Assembly (NCBI GenBank): GCA_021325025.1
Contig: JAJPHZ010000019.1
Coordinates: 72,862 to 136,861 of the forward strand
Direction of reading: 5' to 3'
Length of the DNA: 64,000 nucleotides
Source of the DNA: Pseudomonadota bacterium
GTDB taxonomy: Bacteria; Desulfobacterota; Binatia; Binatales; Binataceae
A program made the translations under genes and the position numbers. Positions 39,225 to 50,400 of the stretch are shown here, piece by piece; positions within the stretch are counted from its first letter, which is position 1; the number at the start of each line of letters is the position of its first letter. The notes beneath the pieces are model-generated. The model saw only the letters and a list, made by a program, of their open reading frames with translations. It ran no database searches and was not told the DNA's origin.

Positions 39225-41267
39225 ATGAGGCTGGCCCTCGCAACATTTTTTCCCTGGTTTGCTCTGCTTACCCTTGCAGCGCCGGCGCATTCGCAAGGCG
39301 CTCCCAATGCGACTCCCGCCGCGCAAGCGACGGCCGCGGCATTGAACAAGCCGGGCCGCAACAAGCAGGCCGCCGGCGGCGTCTCCGCGGCCGCCAAGGG
39401 GCGGCCGGTCAAGCTGGGCGAAGTGGTCGTCACCGCCACGCGCATCAGGCAGCCGCTGAGCGAAATCGGCACCAGCGTCAGCGTGATGCCAGGCAGCCAG
39501 ATGCAAGACCAGAAGCTCGGTCTGGTGGCGCCGGCGATGCAGCAGCTGCCGGGCGTCGAGGTCAATCAGGCCGGGTCGCCCGGTACGCAGACCGACGTGA
39601 CGATTCGCGGCGCCACCGCGGCGCAAACCCTGATTCTGCTCGACGGTGTTGACGTCAACACCGCCAGCACCGGCGGCTTCGACTTCTCCACTCTCACCAC
39701 CGACAACGTCGACCGGGTCGAAGTGGTGCGGGGGTCGGGCGGCGCGCTGTACGGCTCGCAGGCAATCGGCGGCGTGGTCAACGTGATCAGCAAGGAGGGC
39801 CAGGGCACGCCGCATTTTAGCCTGCTCTCCGAAGGCGGCAATCGCGCTACCGAGCGCCAGGTACTGACCGCCAACGGCGCGCAGGGCAATTTCGCCTATT
39901 CGGGATCGATCTCGTATCAATCGACCGAAGGCTTTCGTCCCATCAACGACAGTTCCGACAACCTGTCGGGTGCGTTGCGCCTGGATTACCACCTGAACAG
40001 CGACACGACGGTGCGCGGCTTTGCCCGCTACATCCGCTCCAACGTGGACCTGGTGAACTTTTCCAACTCAGTGGGTGAGCGGCTGGATCCTTTCGCGCAC
40101 CAGCGCGGCGAATTCATGCTCTTTAAGGGCGAGCTGGAGCACAACTTCAGCGAGCGCCTGTGGGCCAAATGGAGCGGCTTTTTCGTGCGCAACGAGATCC
40201 GGCTCAACGATTCTCCCTCGCCTGGCAATCCCAGTTCGGAAGCCGACGACATTCCCGACGAGACCCGCGCGAGCGAGGCGCAACTGGTCTACACGTGGGA
40301 TTGGGGCCGGACGGTGGCGGGCTTTGATTTCCACGACCGCTGGGCGCGAATCCGAAACAATCTGATCAACCCGTTCTTCAACCTGTTCAGCACTTTCACC
40401 CATCAACGCCAGGAATACGCCGGCTACCTGGAGCAGGAGGAAACCCTGCCCGGCGGACTTGCGACCATCACCGGCGGATTTCGCGTGGACGGCAACAGCG
40501 ACTTCGGTGAGGAAGTGAGTCCGGCCTGGGCGCTGGTAATTCCCCTCAAGCGCATCGGCGCCGTGCTGCGCGGCAGCTACAGCGAAGGATTCCGCGCGCC
40601 CAGCTTCGACGAACTGTTCTTCCCCGGCTTTGGAAATCCCAACCTGCAGCCCGAACTCTCCAGCGAGTACGACGGCGGCATCACCAAGTACTTCGGCGAG
40701 GCCGCCAACGTCAGCGTTGTCTACTTCTCGCGCCGCATCCACAACCTGATCGTGCCGGTGCCCTGCACACCCGGCCCTACCTGTCCCTTCGGGTCGGAGG
40801 CCGGCAATGCCGGACGGGTCGATACACAGGGCGTGGAATTCATCCCGGCGCTATCGCCGTGGCATGGAATCGGGCTGAGCGGCAATTTCACTTACCTGGA
40901 TGAAACGCATCGCTCGGCCCAGTCCTCGAGCATGCCGCTGCGCACGCCCAAGTACTCCGCTTCCTCGACGCTCCATTTCGCGCACAACGAGTTGCTTCGC
41001 GCGGGCGACGAGCTCAGCGCGGATTTCGTCTACGTCTTCGTGGGCGACCGCGACGACGTCTCGCCGCTGGGAAGCATCCTGGACAACCCCGCCTACCACC
41101 TGTTCAACCTGACGGTGAACTACTCGCCCGGCCTGCGATGGAACCTGATCCGCAACGAGCAGTTTTACGTCCGCGTACAGAACATGTTCGACCGCAGATA
41201 CCAGTCGGTGCTCGGCTTCAAGTCGCCGCCGGTCAATTTCGTGGCCGGCGTCACCACGACTTTCTGA
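39225..41267 (+). CDS. btuB: TonB-dependent outer-membrane receptor, BtuB-like (cobalamin/cobalt-type)
   Basis: Signal peptide MRLALATFFPWFALLTLAAPAHSQG, TonB box-like EVVVTATR, plug and barrel domains, and C-terminal ...FVAGVTTTF. It sits directly downstream of the B12 riboswitch. GAGGTGA SD lies 7 nt before the ATG at 39225. Confidence 0.85.
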   Translation: MRLALATFFPWFALLTLAAPAHSQGAPNATPAAQATAAALNKPGRNKQAAGGVSAAAKGRPVKLGEVVVTATRIRQPLSEIGTSVSVMPGSQMQDQKLGLVAPAMQQLPGVEVNQAGSPGTQTDVTIRGATAAQTLILLDGVDVNTASTGGFDFSTLTTDNVDRVEVVRGSGGALYGSQAIGGVVNVISKEGQGTPHFSLLSEGGNRATERQVLTANGAQGNFAYSGSISYQSTEGFRPINDSSDNLSGALRLDYHLNSDTTVRGFARYIRSNVDLVNFSNSVGERLDPFAHQRGEFMLFKGELEHNFSERLWAKWSGFFVRNEIRLNDSPSPGNPSSEADDIPDETRASEAQLVYTWDWGRTVAGFDFHDRWARIRNNLINPFFNLFSTFTHQRQEYAGYLEQEETLPGGLATITGGFRVDGNSDFGEEVSPAWALVIPLKRIGAVLRGSYSEGFRAPSFDELFFPGFGNPNLQPELSSEYDGGITKYFGEAANVSVVYFSRRIHNLIVPVPCTPGPTCPFGSEAGNAGRVDTQGVEFIPALSPWHGIGLSGNFTYLDETHRSAQSSSMPLRTPKYSASSTLHFAHNELLRAGDELSADFVYVFVGDRDDVSPLGSILDNPAYHLFNLTVNYSPGLRWNLIRNEQFYVRVQNMFDRRYQSVLGFKSPPVNFVAGVTTTF

Positions 41268-41287
41268 AGACCGCGGGGTTGCCCGCT

Positions 41288-42253
41288 TCAGGCCTGAAGC
41301 ACCAGCTTGCCGGTCGAGGCGCGCGAGGCGAGGAAGCGCAGGGCCTCGGCTGCTTGCGCCAGCGGGTAGGTTTTGCCTACCACCATTTTGAGTTTGCCCT
41401 CGCGCATCAGCGCGAACGACGCCTCCACTCCGGCGCGCATCAGATCGGTGCCGTAGACCACAGGCAGCACGAAGCCGCTGATCTTGGTCGATTTCTCCAT
41501 CAGGCGCGCGACGTTGAAGGGATCGGGAAGACCGCTGCCGCGGCCGTAGATAATCAGATGGCCCAACGGCGCCAGGCATTTGACGCCCTTTTCAAAGGTG
41601 GGCTTGCCCACCGCGTCCAGGATGAGGTCGGCGCCGCGCTTGTTGGTGATGCGCATCACCTCGGCGCTGAAGTCCTGGCTCTCGTAGTTGATCACCTCAT
41701 CGGCGCCGTACTGCCTTACCAGCGCCGCCTTGTCGTCCCTGGACACCGTGCCGATCACGCGCGCGCCGGCTGCTTTGGCGATTTGCACCGCCACGATGCC
41801 GACTCCGCCGGCGGCGGAATGCACCACCACCGTCTGGCCGGGCCGCACCTTGTCGCAGGTGTACAGCATGTGCCAGGCGGTCAGGGTCTGAATCGGGAAA
41901 GCGGCGCCTTGCGCGAAGCTGATGTTGTCGGGAATCGGGAAGACGAATTTCGCGCTGGCCAAGATGTATTCGGCATAGGTCTTCTGCGAGATTGCCGCCA
42001 CGCGCATACCGGGCTTGAGGCCCTCCACGCCCTCGCCGACCTCTTCGATGACGCCTGCGCCTTCCATCCCGGGGATGTCGGGCAGCCGCGGCTTGATCGC
42101 GTACTCGCCGCGGATAAAAAAGTTGTCGGCAAAGTTCAGTCCCGCCGCATGATTGCGTATCAACACCATCCCCGGCTTCACGTCGGGCTTGGGAATGTCG
42201 ACCAGCTTCAGAACTTCCGGACCGCCAACCTTTTCGAATTGGATCGCTTTCAC
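41288..42253 (-). CDS. NADPH:quinone oxidoreductase / zinc-type alcohol dehydrogenase family protein
   Basis: VKAIQFEKVGGPEVLKLVDIPKP... with the AAGGVG Rossmann motif. GTG start at 42253 has a GGGAGGG SD. The longer listed ORF upstream is not supported. Confidence 0.8.
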   Translation of the reverse strand: MKAIQFEKVGGPEVLKLVDIPKPDVKPGMVLIRNHAAGLNFADNFFIRGEYAIKPRLPDIPGMEGAGVIEEVGEGVEGLKPGMRVAAISQKTYAEYILASAKFVFPIPDNISFAQGAAFPIQTLTAWHMLYTCDKVRPGQTVVVHSAAGGVGIVAVQIAKAAGARVIGTVSRDDKAALVRQYGADEVINYESQDFSAEVMRITNKRGADLILDAVGKPTFEKGVKCLAPLGHLIIYGRGSGLPDPFNVARLMEKSTKISGFVLPVVYGTDLMRAGVEASFALMREGKLKMVVGKTYPLAQAAEALRFLASRASTGKLVLQA

Positions 42254-42437
42254 GTCCGATGCCCTCCCGTTTGCAGTTGCGGCTTGGCTCCCGGCGCGGC
42301 CGCGCGCCGGGTGAGTCAGTTCTACATCACTAGACTTCGTGTGCAAAACGTCGGCGCGCGGCGCCAGGATTCCTCCGTTAGCCAAATCCGTCCGATCGTG
42401 TAACCTGAAGGTAAGTGCGCAACACGAACTGGAGGCG

Positions 42438-43589
42438 ATGGATACACAAGGGGCGGCCGCGCCGGGCGGCGCTGTCATCATCGGGCTGGACGGGCTTGAC
42501 GCCCTGATCAAGGCGCTTGCCGCCGGCGGTTACAGAGTAATCGGCCCGGCGTTGGGCGACGGGGCAATCATCTTCGATGAAATCCAAAGCGCGGCGCAGC
42601 TGCCCGCGGGATGGACCGATGTTCAAGCGCCCGGCTCCTACCGGCTGGAGCAACGTGGCGACGGCGCCATCTTCGGTTTCGCCGTCGGGCCCCATTCCTG
42701 GAAGAAGTTCCTGCACGAGCCGGTGCTGCGGCTGTGGCGCGCGCAACGCCAAAGCGACGGTTCGGTGAGCGCCGCTGCCGACCCGCCGCCGGCCGCGCGG
42801 TTCGCGTTTATCGGCGTCCGCTCGTGCGACCTGCACGCGGTCGCGATCCAGGACCAGGTCCTCATCGGCGGGGCCGACAAAGACCCGCACTACGCGGCGC
42901 GGCGCGGCGGCGCTTTTATCGTCGCGGTCAACTGTACGGCGCCGGGCGGCAACTGTTTTTGCGTTTCGATGGGAACCGGGCCGCGCGTGGAGTCGGGCTA
43001 CGACCTGGCTTTAACCGAGCTGCTCGGCGACGGCCGTCACGAGTTCGTGGTCGAAATCGGCAGCGCGCGCGGCGCCGCCGTCATGCAGCAGGTCGCCCAT
43101 CGTCCCGCCCAAGAGACGCATCGGCGCGCCGCCGCCGAGGTCAGCGCACGGGCGGCGTCGCAGATGGGCCGGGAGCTGGACACCACCGGCATCAGAGAGT
43201 TGCTGCTCGGCAACCTGGAGCATCCGCGATGGGACGACGTGGCGGCGCGATGCCTGGCCTGCGCGAATTGCACGATGGTCTGTCCGACCTGTTTTTGCAC
43301 GACGGTTGAGGATCATGCGGATTTGACGGGCGGCGGCGCGGAGCGCGTGCGCCAGTGGGATTCCTGCTACACGCTGGATTTCTCCCACCTGCACGGCGGC
43401 AGCGTGCGCTCATCAATCAAGTCGCGCTACCGGCAGTGGCTGACGCACAAGTTGGCGACGTGGTTCGATCAGTTCGGCAGTTCAGGCTGCGTCGGATGCG
43501 GCCGCTGTATCACATGGTGTCCGGTGGGGATCGACCTGACCGAAGAAGTGGCGGCGATTCGCGCCGGCCAGGAGCACGGCAAACGCTAG
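42438..43589 (+). CDS. hydrogenase beta-like 4Fe-4S subunit (HydB/AsrA-like)
   Basis: CxxCxxC...CP and CPTCFCTT...CVGCGRC cluster motifs. GGAGG lies before the ATG at 42438. It is the first gene of the hydrogenase cluster. Confidence 0.7.
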   Translation: MDTQGAAAPGGAVIIGLDGLDALIKALAAGGYRVIGPALGDGAIIFDEIQSAAQLPAGWTDVQAPGSYRLEQRGDGAIFGFAVGPHSWKKFLHEPVLRLWRAQRQSDGSVSAAADPPPAARFAFIGVRSCDLHAVAIQDQVLIGGADKDPHYAARRGGAFIVAVNCTAPGGNCFCVSMGTGPRVESGYDLALTELLGDGRHEFVVEIGSARGAAVMQQVAHRPAQETHRRAAAEVSARAASQMGRELDTTGIRELLLGNLEHPRWDDVAARCLACANCTMVCPTCFCTTVEDHADLTGGGAERVRQWDSCYTLDFSHLHGGSVRSSIKSRYRQWLTHKLATWFDQFGSSGCVGCGRCITWCPVGIDLTEEVAAIRAGQEHGKR

Positions 43590-43612
43590 CTAACGGGGTA
43601 CGGAGCAAAGCG

Positions 43613-44074
43613 GTGGAAAATCTCGCACGGCTGCTCAAGGAGCATCCTTTCCTGCACGGCCTTGAAGATCGCCATCTGGAATTTCTGACCGGCTGCGCCT
43701 CCAACGTCCGCTACGCGGCCGATGAGTTCCTGTTCAGGGAGGGACAGGAGGCGGGCGCTTCCTACCTGCTGCGCAGCGGACGCATCGCGCTGGAGATCGC
43801 GATCCCGGGACGCGGGCCGGTGCAGGTTCAGACCGTCGAAGTGGGCGAAGTGCTGGGATGGTCGTGGCTGTTCGCGCCCTATCGATGGCAGTTCGACGCA
43901 CGTGCCGTGGAGCCGGTGCGGGCGTTCGCGCTGGACGGCAACTGCCTGCGCCCCAAGTGCGAAGCCGATCACGACTTGGGCTACGAGCTGGTCAAGCGCT
44001 TCCTCTACCAGGTGCATCTGCGGCTTGAGCGCACCCGCATCCAACTGCTCGACATCTATCGGGCGCAGGGCTGA
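43613..44074 (+). CDS. stand-alone cyclic-nucleotide-binding (CAP effector) domain protein embedded in the hydrogenase operon
   Basis: LKEHPFLHGLEDRHLEFLTGCASNVRYAADEFLFREGQEAGASYLLRSGRIALEI is a cNMP-binding beta-roll with no HTH. GTG start at 43613 with GGAG 8 nt upstream. Confidence 0.6.
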   Translation: MENLARLLKEHPFLHGLEDRHLEFLTGCASNVRYAADEFLFREGQEAGASYLLRSGRIALEIAIPGRGPVQVQTVEVGEVLGWSWLFAPYRWQFDARAVEPVRAFALDGNCLRPKCEADHDLGYELVKRFLYQVHLRLERTRIQLLDIYRAQG

Positions 44075-44080
44075 GAGGCG

Positions 44081-44941
44081 ATGGCTGCCGGAGCCGACAC
44101 GGCCGCAGCAGGGGCCGCCGACCCGATGATGCCGCGCTTTTTGCGCGTGCGCCGCACGGTCAGGGAGACCCATGACACGGTGACGCTGGAGCTCGACGAC
44201 TCCATCGATGCGCCCGGCTTCGCTCCCGGCCAGTTCAACATGCTCTACGTGTTCGGCGCCGGTGAGGTTGCGGTTTCCATCAGCGGTCCGCCCGCACGCC
44301 CGCAAAACCTGGTTCACACGATCCGCGGCGTCGGTGCGGTGACGGCCCCGCTTGTGGATGCCAGGCGCGGCAGCGTGCTTGGCGTGCGCGGTCCCTACGG
44401 CAGCGCCTGGCCGCTCGATGAGGCGGCGCGCGCCGGATGCGATCTGCTGCTGATGGCGGGCGGAATCGGGCTGGCGCCGCTGCGGCCGGTGATCTACGAG
44501 GTGCTGCGGCGGCGGCGCGAATTTGGCAACCTGATCATTCTGTACGGCGCGCGCACTCCCGCCGACGTGCTTTACCGCAAGGAACTGGCGCAATGGCGGA
44601 CCCATCCCGGCGTCACGGTGAAGATGATCGTCGATCACGCCGCCGCAGGGTGGAGCGGACGCGTCGGCGTCATCACCGACCTGTTGGGCGCGGTCGAATT
44701 CGATGCGGCGGAGACCATCGCGATGACGTGCGGGCCGGAAGTGATGATGCGCTTTTCCTACCGCGAGCTGCTGCGGCGCGGCGTGCCGCCCGAGCGTGTG
44801 TACATGTCGATGGAACGCAACATGAAGTGCGCGGTCGGCTTGTGCGGCCATTGCCAGCTCAGCCCGATCTTCATCTGCAAGGACGGCCCCGTCTTGCGCG
44901 CCGACCGCGTCGACCCGCTGCTCGGAGTAAGGGAGCTGTAA
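44081..44941 (+). CDS. hydrogenase gamma-like FAD/NAD(P)-binding subunit with C-terminal 2Fe-2S (HydG/AsrB-like)
   Basis: Ferredoxin-NADP-reductase-like fold ([25 protein letters not shown]), followed by [17 protein letters not shown]. Confidence 0.75.
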   Translation: MAAGADTAAAGAADPMMPRFLRVRRTVRETHDTVTLELDDSIDAPGFAPGQFNMLYVFGAGEVAVSISGPPARPQNLVHTIRGVGAVTAPLVDARRGSVLGVRGPYGSAWPLDEAARAGCDLLLMAGGIGLAPLRPVIYEVLRRRREFGNLIILYGARTPADVLYRKELAQWRTHPGVTVKMIVDHAAAGWSGRVGVITDLLGAVEFDAAETIAMTCGPEVMMRFSYRELLRRGVPPERVYMSMERNMKCAVGLCGHCQLSPIFICKDGPVLRADRVDPLLGVREL

Positions 44942-44946
44942 GCACG

Positions 44947-45732
44947 ATGGCCCGTACCAGACGCGTCCGGCTTGCGGTGTGGAAGTTTGCGTCGTGCGAC
45001 GGATGCCAGTTAAGTCTGCTCGACTGCGAGGACCAGTTGCTGACCCTGGCGCAGGAGGTTCAAATCGCCAAGTTCCTCGAAGCCACCAGTGCTGAGGTCA
45101 AGGGACCCTACGACCTGTCGCTGGTCGAGGGCTCGATCACCACCGCCGCCGACGCGGAACGAATCCGGGAAGTCCGCCGCCAATCCAGGGCACTGGTCAC
45201 GATCGGCGCCTGTGCCACGGCGGGCGGAATTCAGGCCCTGCGCAATTTCGGGAACGTGCCCGAGTTCATTTCGGCCGTATACGCCACGCCCGCCTACATC
45301 TCCACACTCAGCACTTCGACCGCGATCGCCGACCATGTGCCGGTGGATTTCGAGCTGCGCGGATGCCCGATCGACAAGGGCCAACTGCTGGAAGTGCTCG
45401 CCGCGTTCATCAACGGCCGCAAGCCTGCGATTGCCGCTCACAGCGTGTGCGTGGAATGCAAGCGGCGCGGGACGGTGTGCGTGATGGTGGCGAAGAAGGC
45501 ACCCTGCCTCGGACCCATTACTCACGCCGGCTGCGGCGCGATCTGTCCGGCTTATGGGCGAGGATGTTACGGATGCTACGGGCCGGCGGACACAGTCAAC
45601 GCCCTGTCGCTGGTCAACGCGTGGAGCGCGGCGGGCGGCTCGCGCGCCCAGATGCATCGCGTGCTGCGCAGCTTCAATGCCAACGCCGGCGAATTTCGCG
45701 CCGCCGCCGAGGCACTGCATGAAGACGATTAA
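44947..45732 (+). CDS. [NiFe]-hydrogenase small subunit (group 3 delta type)
   Basis: [29 protein letters not shown]...GACATAGGI is typical of short group-3 small subunits (NuoB-like Cys ligands). Confidence 0.8.
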   Translation: MARTRRVRLAVWKFASCDGCQLSLLDCEDQLLTLAQEVQIAKFLEATSAEVKGPYDLSLVEGSITTAADAERIREVRRQSRALVTIGACATAGGIQALRNFGNVPEFISAVYATPAYISTLSTSTAIADHVPVDFELRGCPIDKGQLLEVLAAFINGRKPAIAAHSVCVECKRRGTVCVMVAKKAPCLGPITHAGCGAICPAYGRGCYGCYGPADTVNALSLVNAWSAAGGSRAQMHRVLRSFNANAGEFRAAAEALHEDD

Positions 45733-47002
45733 GGTTGACTACCTGGCGCGGGTGGAGGGCGAAGGCGCCGTGCGCATCCGCTTTCGCGGCGAGCAGGTGC
45801 GCGACGTGGAAGTACGCATCTTCGAACCGCCGCGTTTTTTCGAGGCCTTTTTGCGCGGCCGTTCCTACACCGAAGTTCCCGACATTACCGCGCGCATCTG
45901 CGGCATCTGCCCGGTGGCCTACCAGATGAGCAGTTGCGCCGCGATGGAGGACGCGCTGGGCATCGACGCCGGTCCCACCATTGGCGCGCTGCGCCGGCTG
46001 TTTTACTGCGGCGAATGGATCGAAAGCCACGCGCTGCACGTGTTTTTGCTGCACGCGCCGGACTTCCTCGGCTACCCCGACGCGATCGCGATGGCGCGCG
46101 AGCATCGCGAGATAGTAACAGCCGGGTTGGCAATCAAGAAGGCCGGCAACGCCATCGTGCGCGCCATCGGCGGACGCGAGGTACATCCGATCAACCCGCG
46201 CGTGGGCGGATTTCATTCGCTCCCGCCGCGCGCCGCATTGCGTGAACTCCTCCCCGGCCTGGAGCATGCGCGCCAGGCTGCGCTGGAGGCGCTGGAATGG
46301 ATGGGCCATCTGAATTACCCCGATTACGAAACCGACTACGAATTCGTCGCGGTTGACGCGGGCGCCGAATATCCATTCATCGGCAACCGCATCATTTCCA
46401 GCCGCGGACTGGACATCGCCGTGCGCGATTACGACCGCCATTTCCAAGAGCATCAGGTCCCGTACTCCAACGCTCTGCATTCGCGCCTGGCGCAGCGCGG
46501 CGCCTACCTGTGCGGACCGCTGGCCCGCTTCAACCTGCATTTTGACAAGCTCAGCGCGGAGGTTCGTGCGGCGGCGGCGCGCGCCGGCCTTGCGCCTCCC
46601 TGCCTCAACCCGTTCAAAAGCATCATGGTGCGTGCAGTGGAGGTCGCCTTCGCCTTGCAGGAGGCGATCGGCTTGATTGAACGCTACGAAGCAGAGGGGG
46701 CGCCGTTCGTTCCCGCGTCGGTCGTGGCGGCAGTGGGACACGGCGTCAGCGAGGCGCCGCGTGGTCTGCTCTACCATCGCTACCGCATCGACGACGCCGG
46801 TCTCATTCGCGACGCGAAGATCGTCCCTCCCACCTCGCAGAATCTGGCGTCGATGGAGGAGGACCTGCGGCGCCTGGCGCCGCACATGATTGCGATGACC
46901 CATCCCGAGGCGACGCGTCTGGCGGAGCAGTCGGTGCGCAACTACGACCCGTGCATCTCGTGCGCGACGCATTTTTTGAAGCTGACTTTGGAGCGGGAAT
47001 AG
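45720..47002 (+). CDS. [NiFe]-hydrogenase large subunit (group 3b-like)
   Basis: N-terminal [10 protein letters not shown] (RxCGxC) and C-terminal DPCISCATH (DPCxxCxxH) Ni-Fe ligand motifs. About 427 aa. It overlaps the small-subunit gene by 13 nt. Confidence 0.85.
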
Positions 47003-47009
47003 TTGTCCA

Positions 47010-47465
47010 GTGGCCGCTCGCATCATCGGCGTGGGGCAGCAATGGGCCGGCGATGACGGCGTGGGAATCGCCGTTATCCGCAAACTGCGCGAAGCGGCAG
47101 CACGATGCGAACTGATTGAACTGAACGAACCGGCGCGGCTGATCGACCTGCTCACCGACGGCGCCGATCCGGTGGTGCTGGTCGATGCGCTATTGGACGA
47201 CGGCCCATCGGGCCGCGTGCTGCTGATTGATTCGCACCGCCGCGACGCGCGCTCGAAGCATCTGCTCTCCACGCACGGCCTGGGCGTGATGGACGCGATC
47301 GAGCTGGCCCGTGCCCTGCATCCGGCGCGCGTCGCGCCGCGAATCTTCCTCGTCGCCATCACCGTGCAGGAAGCCGCGCGCCGGGGCGTCGGCCTGTCGC
47401 CCGTGGTCGATGCCGCAGTCCCGCGCGCCGCCGCGCAGGCACTGATGCTCGTTGCGCGCGGCTGA
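47010..47465 (+). CDS. hydrogenase maturation endopeptidase (HyaD/HoxW family)
   Basis: IIGVGQQWAGDDGVGIAVIRKL...HGLGVMDAIELA matches the HybD-type protease. GTG start. Confidence 0.7.
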   Translation: MAARIIGVGQQWAGDDGVGIAVIRKLREAAARCELIELNEPARLIDLLTDGADPVVLVDALLDDGPSGRVLLIDSHRRDARSKHLLSTHGLGVMDAIELARALHPARVAPRIFLVAITVQEAARRGVGLSPVVDAAVPRAAAQALMLVARG

Positions 47466-47493
47466 ACCGCTTTAGCCCTGCGTCCCTGTATGC

Positions 47494-50400
47494 TCAGGTT
47501 GGGCGGCGCAGGCGGCGCTCCTGCATCATGGCGAAGAACACCGGCACCAGGATCAGGACGTGGATAGTGGACGTCACCATCCCGCCGACGATCGGCGCGG
47601 CGATCGGCTTCATCACATCGGAGCCGATTCCACTGGACCACAGGATTGGCGCCAGGCTCATCATCACCACTGCCACCGTCATCAGCTTGGGCCGCAGCCT
47701 TTGCACCGAGCCCTCGATCGCCGCGGCCTCGATCAGTTCGTGGCTCAGTGCACCCGCTGCAAGCCGGCGATGGAGCGCCTCGTCCAGGTAGATCACCATC
47801 ACCACGCCGGTTTCCACCGCGATGCCGAACAGCGCGATATACCCGACCCATACCGCGACGCTGAAGTTGAATCCCATCAGGTATTGCAGCACCAGGCCGC
47901 CGGTCATTGCGTACAGACAGGGCAGCAGCAGCACAATCGCCTCAGTGGCGGATTCGAACAGGATGTAGAGCAGCACGAAGATGGCGATGAAGACCAGCGG
48001 CAGGATGTAGCTCAGGCGCTTGCGCGCGCGCAGTTGAAACTCGAACTCGCCCGACCATTTAAGCGTGTAGCCGGTGGGCAGGCGCAGATTGCGCTCCAGC
48101 GCGCGCTGGGCACGCGCGACGTAACCGCCATAGTCCGAACCGGCGGTATCGACGTAAACATAGCCGGTCAACTGGCCATCTTCGTCGCGCACCATCGTCG
48201 GCCCTGGGCTGATCGCGACTTTGGCCACCTCGCCCAGCGGAATCTGGGCGCCGGCTGGCGTGGCAATCAGAACCTGGCGCAGGGGCGCCGGATTGTCGCG
48301 GTAGTCGGCCAGGTAGCGCACGTTGATTGGGTAGCGCTCGCGTCCCTCGACGGTGGTTGCGATGTTGGCGCCGCCGATCCCCGATTCCACCGCCAACTGG
48401 ACGTCGCCGGCGGTAAGTCCGTAACGCGCCGCGGCGGCCCGGTCGACGGTGACGTTGATGTAAAAGCCCTGCGAGACGCGCTCGGCGAACACCCCGCGGG
48501 TGCCCGCGACGGGCTTGAGCACTTCCTCCACGGCGCTGCCGATGCGCTGGATTTCATCCAGGCGCGGTCCTTGAATCTTAAGCCCCACCGGGGTCTTGAT
48601 TCCGGTCAGCTCCATGTCAAGCCGGTTCTCAACCGGCATTGTCCAGACATTGGACAGTCCGGGGAACTGCAGTTTGGAGTCCATTTCGGTGATCAGCCGC
48701 TCGTAGGTCATGCCCGGACGCCATTGCGCGCGCGGCCGCAGCATCACCGTGGTATCGAACATGTCCAGCGGCGCGTTGTCGGTGGCGCTGTCGGAGCGGC
48801 CCGCGCTGCCGAAGACGCTTTCCACCTCGGGGAACGTGCGGATAATCTGATCCTGCTTCTGAAGCAGATTGGCGGCCGAGGTGATGGAGATTCCGGGCAG
48901 CGCGGTCGGCATGTAGAGGGCAGACCCTTCATACAGCGGTGGCATGAACTGGCTGCCGATGCGCCAGGCCAGCGGCAGCGTGGCGGCCAGAAATATCACG
49001 TTGACCGCAATAGTCAGCCCTCGATGGCGCAGACACCATCTGATGATTGGCAGATACGCCGCTTGGCAGATGCGCGTGATGGGATTGGCCGATTCGGCGC
49101 GCAGGCGGCGTCCGCGGATGAGCAGCAGCATCAGCACCGGCACCACCGTCACGGCCAGGATCGAGGAGAAGGTGATGGCAAAGGTCTTGGTCCAGGCCAG
49201 CGGGCGGAACATCCTTCCTTCCTGCGCTTCGAGCAAAAAGACTGGCAGGAAGGACACCACGATGATCACCATCGAGAAGAAGATCGGCCGTCCCACCTGG
49301 CGCGCCGCCGCCAGCAGCACGTCGCGGCGCGCTTCGGCCGCCAGCGCAGACCCCTCGCGCGCCGCCGCTGCCTGGGCTTCGGAGAGATGGCGGTAGCCGT
49401 TTTCCACCATCACGATCGACGCGTCGACCAGCACGCCGATCGCCAGCGCCAAGCCGCCCAGCGACATAATGTTGGAGCTGACTTGCAGGTAATACATGGG
49501 AATGAACGAGGCGAGCACCGCCAGCGGCAGAATCAGGATCGGAATCAGCGCGGAGCGGAAGTGGAACAGGAAAATCACGATCACCAGGCTTACGATGATC
49601 GCCTCTTCGATCAGGTCATGGCCCAGCGTGGAGATGGATTCCCGGATCAGCCCCGAGCGGTCATAGCCGGTTTCGATTTCGACTCCGGGGGGCAGGCTTG
49701 AGCGCAGTTGCGCCAGCTTGCGCTTGACGCCCTCGATCACGTTGAGCGCGTTCTGCCCAAAGCGCATCACCACGATCCCGCCCACCGCTTCGCCCTCCCC
49801 GTTCCATTCCGCCACGCCCTCGCGCTGATCGGGTCCGTAGCTCACCACGCCCAGGTCGCGGATCAGCACCGGCGTGCCGTTGCGGATCGCAACCGGCACT
49901 TCGCGCAATTGGTCGAGCGAGTTGATATAGGCGGGACTTTGGATGAGATAGCTGGCGCCGTTCATTTCCAGCGTCTTGCCGCCCACCTGGCCGTTGCTGT
50001 CGCGGACGCGATCGATCACATCGCGCAGCGGTATGTCCAGCGCCAGCAGCCGATTGGGGTCAAGCTTGACCTGATATTGGCGGACGAAGCCGCCGATAGT
50101 GGCGACCTCGGCGACGCCCGGCACGGTTTCCAGTTGATAGCGCAAATACCAATCCTGCAGGCTGCGCAGCTGCGCCAGGCTGAGGTTGTGGCGGCGATCG
50201 ACGACCAGGTACTCGAAGACCCAGCCGGCGCCGGTCGCGTCGGGGCCGATGACCGGCGCCACGCCCGGCGGCAGCAGGGCGGTGATCTGCTGGAGGTACT
50301 CCAGCACGCGGCTGCGCGCCCAATAGATGTCGGTGCCGTCTTCGAAAACTACGAAGACGTAGGAATCGTTGGGCATCGTTTGCGCGCGCACCGCCTTGAC

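Noticed and set aside
42254-42437. GC-rich near-palindrome CCGGCGCGGCCGCGCGCCGG between qor and hydB as a regulator site
   Set aside because: It is an imperfect and extremely GC-biased sequence, indistinguishable from background in this genome.
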